DNA of 60,500 nt, filler included. It is 3 parts of 3 records of this genome, joined end to end, with 100 filler letters (N's around TTAATTAATTAA, not from the genome) between each part and the next. Parts side by side here need not be neighbours in the genome. Positions count along the whole stretch, not along the records: positions 1 to 30,159 come from SRR20825019_160; 2 more parts are not named here. One strand, given 5' to 3'. The position numbers and the translations under genes are program-made. The notes under the pieces are model-generated. The model was not told the DNA's origin. It ran no database searches and saw only the letters and a list, made by a program, of their open reading frames with translations. Within the stretch, counting starts at the first letter, position 1. Each line of letters begins with the position of its first letter. Shown one piece after another: positions 19,995-28,200 of this stretch.

Positions 19995-21407
19995 ATGACG
20001 AGCGAAAGCACACCGCCAAGTGCCGAGCCAGCAAGTGCCGAGCCAGCAAGCGTAAGCCCGCCGGGTGAAGAGTCCCCGAGCCAGCTCAGGAAATTTCTGG
20101 AAAGCCCGCGCAGCTACGCGCTGGTGGTGCCGACGGTCAATGCCTGCGTTGCCGCCACCGGGCTGTTCATTCCGTGGTTCATGGAGCCGGTCTCGTTCGG
20201 CCAGTTCATCCTGATCTCCACGTTCGTACAATATCTCTGGCTGCTTGATCTGGGAACATCCCAGCTCATCACCCGCACCTCCGCCAGGATGAAACAGGCC
20301 GGGCTCAACAGTCCGGCGGGCGTCCGGGTGCAGGGTATTCTCTGGACCCGGTTCTATCTGGCGGTGATTGCCACCGCGACGGCACTCGTGCTTGCCGTGG
20401 CTCTGGAGAACTCCTTCAAGGTGCCGTTGCCCATGCCGGCAACCCTGCTTGCGATTCTGGCTGGTGGCACACAGTTCATCCTGATGGGGCATCTGGCGCT
20501 TTATCGCGGCCTCTCGACCTATGGGCTGTTCACCGCGAACAACACAGTCGTGCAGATCGGGCTGACGGCGCCCCGGGTGCTGGGGCTTTATTTCGGCGGC
20601 CTCTCCGGCTGTTTCTCGGTGCTTATTCTCTGGTTCGGTGGCGTCGCGGCCACCATGTTGCGCCGGGACCCGCCAAGCCTCCGCTATCACCCCAGTCTGC
20701 ACCGCATGCGCCGGACCGTGACCGCCGCATTCCCACTGTTTGTCTCTGTCTCGCTCTGGAGCGTGTTCATGATGGCGAACCGCTGGTTCGTCGCCGATCT
20801 CGCCGATCCAGAAACCTACGGGCAGTTCTCCTTCGCGGCGGCGGTATTGGGTCTTTATGCAGGAACCTTCGGGACCATCGCGCAGGCCTATTATCCGAAA
20901 CTTTCGGCCGAAGCCTATGCGGCAGAGCCTTTTGCCCTGTCGCGCCGGGTGGTTGGTGATGCCCTGAAACTGGCGGCGGTGATATCGGTGCTCTCGACCA
21001 TTGGCGTGATGCTGGTCAAACCGGTGGTGCCTGTCGTTTACGTGGCCTATGCGGAAGCGGTTCCGGCGTTGAAGATCTTCCTGGTGGCGGGAATTCCAAT
21101 GATCAGCGCTTCATGGCTGATGCCGATCGCCATGTCGGCACGAACCCGGCCGAGCCGGGAAATCGTAGCTGTTTATTTCCTGGCCATCGCCACGCTTTGG
21201 GCGGGCACCGTCATCGGCTTCCGCGAAGCCGGTCTGGAAGGTGTGGGGATCGGCGTGATCGTCGCGTCCTTTGTCATGCTGGGCGGACAATCCATCTTGC
21301 TCCGGCGCAGCCGCGTCCTGTCGATCCGGGACGCGGCCCGGCTGGTGCTGAGCGTAGTGTTGTTGAGCGGAAGTGTTGCTCTCATCAGCCGTTATGTGGC
21401 GCCGTGA
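19995..21407 (+). CDS. Wzx-type oligosaccharide flippase (MOP superfamily)
   Basis: About 12-13 TM segments, FGQF..., DLG, NRWFV...YGQFS motifs. Located in the EPS cluster. Confidence 0.8.
   Translation: MTSESTPPSAEPASAEPASVSPPGEESPSQLRKFLESPRSYALVVPTVNACVAATGLFIPWFMEPVSFGQFILISTFVQYLWLLDLGTSQLITRTSARMKQAGLNSPAGVRVQGILWTRFYLAVIATATALVLAVALENSFKVPLPMPATLLAILAGGTQFILMGHLALYRGLSTYGLFTANNTVVQIGLTAPRVLGLYFGGLSGCFSVLILWFGGVAATMLRRDPPSLRYHPSLHRMRRTVTAAFPLFVSVSLWSVFMMANRWFVADLADPETYGQFSFAAAVLGLYAGTFGTIAQAYYPKLSAEAYAAEPFALSRRVVGDALKLAAVISVLSTIGVMLVKPVVPVVYVAYAEAVPALKIFLVAGIPMISASWLMPIAMSARTRPSREIVAVYFLAIATLWAGTVIGFREAGLEGVGIGVIVASFVMLGGQSILLRRSRVLSIRDAARLVLSVVLLSGSVALISRYVAP
20017..20050 (+). repeat. 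15-bp tandem repeat (2.3 copies) in the wzx 5' end
   Basis: CAAGTGCCGAGCCAG x2 + CAAG, encoding SAEPA-SAEPA-S. Confidence 0.85.
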
Positions 21408-21428
21408 CGGTACAAGATCAACATCAAG

Positions 21429-24400
21429 TCAGATCAGGTCGAGGTATAGGTTTCCCGTCAAACCGGCGCTGGTGACGTTGGCACCGTTCATTTCCCATAC
21501 GGAGACCTGTCCGGTTTCCGTGTTCTCAAGCTGGATGTCGGCTTTGCCATCGCCATTGAAATCTTCTGCATTGCCAATTTTCCAGCCGTTCTGGAGTTGC
21601 CCGACATAGGCTTTCTCCGAGGTGCCGCCTGCATCCATTTCCCAAAGAGATACAGCGCCATTGTTTCCGGCAACGAGCAGATCGGCTGATCCGTCACCGT
21701 TGAAATCGGCGATTGCTTCAATGTCCCAGCCTTCCGCCAGCGTCCCAGTATAGGTCTGTGCCGTTGGCGTAGCGCCGTTCATCTCCCAGGCGGAGATTAC
21801 GCCGTCAGCGTTGCGAACCAGGATATCCGCCTTGCCGTCGCCGGTGAAATCATCGACCGCCTCGATTTCCCAACCGTGGCCAAGCGTGGCCGTATAGCCC
21901 TTGTTCGATGCGGTACCGCCATCCATTTCCCAGACGCTGACGATGCCGCTGGTGTTTGTCAGGAGCAGGTCCTGTTTGCCGTCTCCGTTGAAATCCGCGA
22001 CCTCTTCCAGCGTCCAATCCGACGACATGTTTCCGGCGTAGGATTTTTCGCTCGCCGTGCCGCCGTCCATCGACCAGACGGTGACTGCTCCTGCCTCGTT
22101 TCTGGCGAGGATGTCGGTCTTGCCGTCATTATCGAAATCGGCCAGCGTTTCAACGGTCCAGTCCGGGGTTAACCGACCGGCATAGGATTTCTCGACGGCG
22201 GTTCCGCCGCTCCCCATTACCCAAACCGAGACAGTGCCGCTGTCCTGCCGCAGCAGGATGTCCTGCCGATCGTCACCGTTGAAGTCGGCTGTTCCCTCCA
22301 CGGTCCAGCTGTCGTCCAGCTTGCCGACATAGGTCTTGCTTTCGGCGGTTCCTCCATTGCTGCGCCAGACGGAGAGCGTGCCTTCGTCGCCGAGCACCAG
22401 GACGTCGTCGTCTGTATCGCCGTCGAAATCGCCGATTGCGTGGACGGAGAAATTTTCCCGACCGGAAAGGCCCCCCGCATCTTTCTTTGTGAGTGCGGTG
22501 GCTCCATCCATGGTCCAGATCGCAACCCTGTCTTCAGTGGAAGTAAGCAGAAGGTCAGTCTTGCCGTCAGCATTGAAATCGCCTGTATGGGTGATTTCCC
22601 AGTGTGGCGGGATGACCTCTTCGAAGGTGAGTACGGTGTTGCCGTTCTCGGTGGCCACGGAAAAGGAATCATATTCGCCGACCAGACCGAAGATGGCATC
22701 GGCCTCGTTGTCTGAGTCCGCGTCGATCGCAACAAAGGTCTGATTATTCTGATAGGAAAGGGTAATCCGGCTCGGGCCAAGCTCGATGCCCTCGATGATA
22801 ACCTTGTCTTCGGTACCGAGATCCACGATGGCATCGCCATCGATGTTATCTAATGAGGCGATGAAGACATCATTGCCGCTGCCGCCATGCAGGATGTCAC
22901 CGTTGCTGCCAGCTCCGCCATAGATGGTGTCGTCTCCGTCGCCGCCGTTCAGGATGTCGAGTCCGTCACCGCCGTAGATCACGTCATTCCCGGCATTGCC
23001 ATAGACTAGATCTCCGGCGTCGCCGGCATAGATCGTGTCATTACCGGCAAGAGCAGTGATCGCGTCCACGCCATCACTGCCAGACAGGGTATCGCCTTCC
23101 GCTGTGCCGGTAACGTTGTTCCAGATCAGCTCAATGTGCTCGACATCGTGAAACCGGGTCGTATCGCTGTCATCGGTGGTGTAGACAGTGTCATTTCCAT
23201 CGCCTCCGTATACGATATCGCTGCCGTCGTCATAAATGACGTCGTCACCTTCATTGCCGTAGATCGTGTCGATACCGGAAGAGCCGTGGATCGTGTCGTT
23301 GCCGGTACCGCCAGAGATTTCGTCATTGCCGTCACCGCCTTCGAGCTGGTCGTCACCGCTGTTTCCGGAGATCGTGTCGTCGCCCTCGTCACCATAGATC
23401 GTGTCATTGTCATGCCACCCAATGATCAGATCGTTGTCTGCTCCGGCATAGATCGTATCGCTGCCACTATGTCCGACGATGGTGTCGTTGCCAGCTTCGC
23501 CAAGCACCAGATCGGCTCCGCCGAGTGCGCTGATCATGTCGTTGCCGTTGCCGCCATGGATCGTGTCGTCGTCGTTGCCACCGATCAGCAAATCTTCCCC
23601 GTCACCGCCAAGCAGTACATTGCGGTCCGTGCCGCCTGTCAGCGTATCGTTACCGGTGGTGCCAGAGGTTATCTGGAACAGGTATTCGACGGTTTCGACA
23701 TTGTGGAACCGGGTATGGTCCCCGTAAGCGTCGTAAGAGGTGGTCTGGACGGTATCCTCCCCCTCGCCGCCGTAAATAATGTCTAGGCCGTCATCCAGGA
23801 AGATGTCGTCCCCAGCGTCGCCATAGAGCGTATCGTTGCCGACGCCGCCATCAATCTCGTCGTTGCCGGCGCCGCCGTAAAGCTGGTCGTCCCCGCCAAT
23901 GCCGCTGATGGTATCGTCTCCGTCTCCTCCGTCGATGGCGTCCGCGGCGCGGGTACCTGTCAGGGTGTCGGATTCGGCCCCCGCCGTAATCGTGTCGAGC
24001 GGGATGAGGATGACCTCCTCCACATCGGCGAAGCGCGAGGTATCGCTGTCGTCCGTCGTGTAGACGGTGTCGTTGCCCGCACCGCCGGAGATGATGTCGA
24101 GGCCATCGTCATAAATGACGTCGTCCCCGGCTCCGGCATGAATGTAGTCTTCTCCACTGTTGCCATAGAGCGTATCGTTACCGTCACCCCCATCGATACC
24201 ATCGGTACCGGCTCCGCCGTAGATCACGTCCGCGCCGTCACCGCCGGTTAGCAGGTCAATGCCGTTACCGCCGTAGAGCAGGTCATTATCCTCACCGCCG
24301 CGCAGCGTATCATCGCCGTCGTCGCCTCTGATGGTGTCATCGCCCTCTGCGCCGTCGATTTCATCGTCGACCACGGTGCCGGAGAGCATATCGGGATCGG

Positions 24401-25013
24401 CGGAGCCGGTGAGGGTTACGGCGTCGACACCAATGATTTTCTCGACATTGATGAACCGGCTCACGTCGGAGGTATCGATTGTGTAGACGATGTCATAGCC
24501 GTCGCCGCCATAGATCGTATCGTCATTGTCCGCGTAGAGAATGTCGTCGCCGGCATCGCCATAGAGCACGTCGATCCCCTCATTGCCGTAGAGGGTGTCA
24601 TGACCTTCACCGCCATAGAGGATGTCGTTACCGTTATCGCCGAAGAGGATGTCGTTATCCTTGCCGCCGGACACGGTATCGTCGCCAAGATCGCCATAAA
24701 GCGTGTCGTTGTGGTTCCAGCCGATAATCAGGTCGTTGCCGTCACCGCCATAGATCAGGTCGTCACCAAGATGGCCGACCAGTATGTCGTCTCCGGTTGC
24801 GCCCAGGAGCGTATCGTCACCGTCGTCGCCGCTGATGCGGTCGTTGCCGTCACCTCCGTCAAGGCTGTCATTTCCAGTATCGCCAACAATGGAATCATCG
24901 CCACCCTCGCCATGGAGGGTGTCGTTTCCTGCGCCGCCGTAAAAGGTATCGTCTTCGCCGGTTCCAATGATCGAATCGCTGGAATCCATGCCCTCGAATA
25001 GCATCCCGCTCAT
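21429..25013 (-). CDS. RTX (GGxGxD) calcium-binding secreted protein with 8 C-terminal FG-GAP/VCBS repeats
   Basis: Dozens of GGxGxDxL nonapeptides, eight DF(N/D/T)xDxxxD(I/L/V) repeats, no signal peptide. RBS GGAG before ATG 25013. Confidence 0.9.
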   Translation of the reverse strand: MSGMLFEGMDSSDSIIGTGEDDTFYGGAGNDTLHGEGGDDSIVGDTGNDSLDGGDGNDRISGDDGDDTLLGATGDDILVGHLGDDLIYGGDGNDLIIGWNHNDTLYGDLGDDTVSGGKDNDILFGDNGNDILYGGEGHDTLYGNEGIDVLYGDAGDDILYADNDDTIYGGDGYDIVYTIDTSDVSRFINVEKIIGVDAVTLTGSADPDMLSGTVVDDEIDGAEGDDTIRGDDGDDTLRGGEDNDLLYGGNGIDLLTGGDGADVIYGGAGTDGIDGGDGNDTLYGNSGEDYIHAGAGDDVIYDDGLDIISGGAGNDTVYTTDDSDTSRFADVEEVILIPLDTITAGAESDTLTGTRAADAIDGGDGDDTISGIGGDDQLYGGAGNDEIDGGVGNDTLYGDAGDDIFLDDGLDIIYGGEGEDTVQTTSYDAYGDHTRFHNVETVEYLFQITSGTTGNDTLTGGTDRNVLLGGDGEDLLIGGNDDDTIHGGNGNDMISALGGADLVLGEAGNDTIVGHSGSDTIYAGADNDLIIGWHDNDTIYGDEGDDTISGNSGDDQLEGGDGNDEISGGTGNDTIHGSSGIDTIYGNEGDDVIYDDGSDIVYGGDGNDTVYTTDDSDTTRFHDVEHIELIWNNVTGTAEGDTLSGSDGVDAITALAGNDTIYAGDAGDLVYGNAGNDVIYGGDGLDILNGGDGDDTIYGGAGSNGDILHGGSGNDVFIASLDNIDGDAIVDLGTEDKVIIEGIELGPSRITLSYQNNQTFVAIDADSDNEADAIFGLVGEYDSFSVATENGNTVLTFEEVIPPHWEITHTGDFNADGKTDLLLTSTEDRVAIWTMDGATALTKKDAGGLSGRENFSVHAIGDFDGDTDDDVLVLGDEGTLSVWRSNGGTAESKTYVGKLDDSWTVEGTADFNGDDRQDILLRQDSGTVSVWVMGSGGTAVEKSYAGRLTPDWTVETLADFDNDGKTDILARNEAGAVTVWSMDGGTASEKSYAGNMSSDWTLEEVADFNGDGKQDLLLTNTSGIVSVWEMDGGTASNKGYTATLGHGWEIEAVDDFTGDGKADILVRNADGVISAWEMNGATPTAQTYTGTLAEGWDIEAIADFNGDGSADLLVAGNNGAVSLWEMDAGGTSEKAYVGQLQNGWKIGNAEDFNGDGKADIQLENTETGQVSVWEMNGANVTSAGLTGNLYLDLI

Positions 25014-25227
25014 GTGAATCTCCAATCACACGTTAAAGAGACACCCAGGAGCGTATATGTCTTGTGAGGGCGGCAGATTCTCCGTCCGGCTCCGTGTTTC
25101 AGCGAACACGGTTTGCCGGGAATCAACGGCAGACAAAGTTGTCCACGCGGGTCGATGACGGAGAAATTCTTCTATGCCGGGAAGGGCTTTATGCCCGACA
25201 AGCGATGTTAACCATCGCTTGAAAAAT

Positions 25228-28200
25228 TTATATCAAGTCGTTCCACAGATTGCCAGTCAAACCTGCAACCACGACATCCGAGCCGTCCATCTCCCAGATG
25301 GAGACCTGGCCGGTGTCGGTGTTCTGCAGCTGGATATCCGCGGTGCCGTCACCGTTGAAGTCCGAAATCTTGCCGATTTCCCAGCCTGCCTGAAGCTGTC
25401 CGACATAGGCTTTCTCCGAGGTGCCGCCGGCATCCATTTCCCAGAGAGAGACGACGCCGTTCGCGTTTGCAGTCAGCAGATCGCTGGAGCCATCACCGTT
25501 AAAGTCGGCGATTTCCTTGATTTCCCAACCTTCGCCGAGCTTGCCGACATAGGTCCTGGCCGTAACGGTGCTTCCGTCCATTTCCCAAACAGAGACCGTG
25601 CCGTCCGCGCCCGTGGTCAGGATGTCGGCCTTGCCGTCGCCGGTGAAGTCCTCGACCGCACGGACTTCCCAACCCGTGCCAAGCTTGCCGGCAAAGCCCT
25701 TGCTGCTCGCCGTGCCGCCGTCCATTTCCCAGACCGAGACGGAACCATCGTCCTTGACGGCCATGATGTCCTGTTTGCCGTCGCCATTGAAGTCGGCCGT
25801 GGTCTGGATATCCCAGCTGCTGTCCAGAGATCCGGCATAGCTCTTGCCGCTTGCGGTGCCGCCGTCCATTTCCCAGACCGAAACGGCGCCGTCGGAGTTG
25901 CGGGCGAGAATGTCGGCTTTGCCGTCGCCGTTGAAGTCAGAGATCGATTCGACGGTCCAGTCCGAAGACATCTGCCCGGCATAGGAGCGGTTGGTGACGG
26001 TGCCGCCATCCATCTCCCAGACGGAAACCGCGCCATCCTGGCTCCGGAGCAGGATATCCAGCCCGCCATCGCCGTCAAAGTCAGCAGTGCCGGTGATTTC
26101 CCAACCCGACTGAATCCGGCCGGAATAGACCTTCGCATCGGCTGTGGTCCCGTTCATCTCCCAGACGGAGATGGCGCCGTCACTGCCGTGCAGCAGAATG
26201 TCGTCGTCACCGTCACCGTCGAAATCGCCAACGGCCTGGATCGAGAAGTCACCGCCACGATTGAGCGCGCCGGTCAGGCCCTTCGCGTCCGGCGTTGCGC
26301 CGTCGAGGGTCCAGACCGAGACATTGCTCTTGTCCGAGACCAGAAGAAGATCCTGCTTGCCGTCGCCGTTGAAATCACCGGTGGCCTGTACCTGGTATTT
26401 CTCCAGGTTGGGGTTGACCGGAGCTGCGGTGGAGAAGGCCAGTGTCGTGTCGCCGGCTGCCGTCGACGCCGTGACGGAGCGGAATTCGCCGTCCAGCGTG
26501 AAGCTGGCATCGGCATTGCCGTCGCCGTTCGAGTCGATGGAGACCGTGGTGACACCGTCCGTGATGGTCAGCGTCACATTGTCCCCGGAGAATTCCGCGC
26601 CCTTGATCAGGACGGAATCGCCGTCGGCGAGGTCGCTGATCGTGTCGCCGGAGAACTCGGACTCTGTGCCCTGGAAGGTATCGTTGCCCGCGCCGCCGGT
26701 GAGCATGTCCGCGCCGGCACCGCCAAGGATCAGATCCGCGCCGCTGCCGCCGACAAGGGTGTCTACACCGCTGCCACCGGACAGCGTGTCGTCGCCCTCA
26801 CCACCGTCGAGCAGATCGTTGCCCGCGCCGCCGTCAAGCAGGTCGTTGCCGGCAAGACCGCTGATCGTGTCCGCATCGGCACCACCCGTCAGGGTATCGG
26901 CCAGTTCTGTCGGCAGCAGGTCGGGGCTGAAGGACAGGCTGGTCCGGCCGTCGGCCGTGGTCGCGGTGACGCTCAGGAATGTGCCGTCCAGGGTGAAGCT
27001 GGCATCCGCAAGGCCATTGCCGTCCGCGTCGATCGAGACCGTGGTTACGCCGATCCCGGGGATCAGGGTCACGGCATCGGCGCTGAAGGATGCATTCGCG
27101 ATGACCAGATCGCCGCTGTCCGGATCGAAATCGGAGATGCGGTCACCATTGAGCTCCGCGAGCGAGCCGACAATGCTGTCTGCACCCGTGCCGCCACTGA
27201 TCGTGTCCGCACCGGCTCCGGCCATGATGGAATCATCGCCGCTGCCGCCGGAAATCTGATCGTCGCCAGCGCCGGATGACAGAACATCGTTACCGGCGCC
27301 GCCATCGAGAACATCGTTGCCCGCGCCACCGTCAATTGTGTCGTTGCCGGCAAGGCCGCTGATCGTATCGTCACCGTCCGTGCCGATCAGGCTGTCGTCT
27401 CCGGCGGTTGCCGTGACGTCGGGCGAGAAGCTGATGGAGGTCTTGCCGTCTGCGGTCTCTGTGGTGACCGAGTGATACTCGCCGGTCATGCTGAAAGTGG
27501 CGTCCGCGGAGCCGTTGCCGTCTGCGTCGATGGAGACGGTGGTGATACCGTCGGAATAGGTCAGCGTCACCGCATCGTCGCCGAAGGAGGCATTGGCGAT
27601 GACCAGGTCACCTTCATCCGGATCGAAGCCGGTTATGCTGTCGCCGTCGAGATCGTCGAGCGAGCCGACGATGCTGTCCGCACCCGCGCCGCCGTCGATC
27701 GTGTCATTGCCGGAGCCTGCAGCAATGGAATCGTCGCCGCTGCCGCCGGAGATCAGATCGTCGCCCGCACCGCCATCGATGGTCTCTGCATTGTTGCCGC
27801 CGGTGATCTGGTCGTTGCCGTCACCGCCGTCGATGCTGTCGGTTCCGCCACCACCGGAGATGGTGTCGTCACCCGCACCGCCGTCAATGGTTTCGGCAGT
27901 CGTGCTGCCGGTGATGACATCGTTGCCGTCGCCGCCGCTGACATTGTCCGCGCCGCCTTCATTGACGATGGTGTCGTCGCCGCTGCCGCCGAGTACCGTA
28001 TCGACGCCGCTGCCCGCTGTGATGACATCGTTTCCGTCACCGCCATCGAGCACATCGTTGCCGCCGCCGCCGGAGAGAGTGTCGTCGTCCGCGCCGCCGC
28101 TGAGGGTCTCGTCCGCGGCACTGCCGGAGATGATGTCGTTCCCGGCACCGCCATCAAGGCTGTCCGTGCCGCCGATATTGACGATGGTATCGTTGCCGGC

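Noticed and set aside
25095-25120. Assignment as a c-di-GMP-I riboswitch
   Set aside because: Only GGCAAACC...GG matches. The GACGCAAAG junction and P3 are absent, so it is reported as an unassigned structure.
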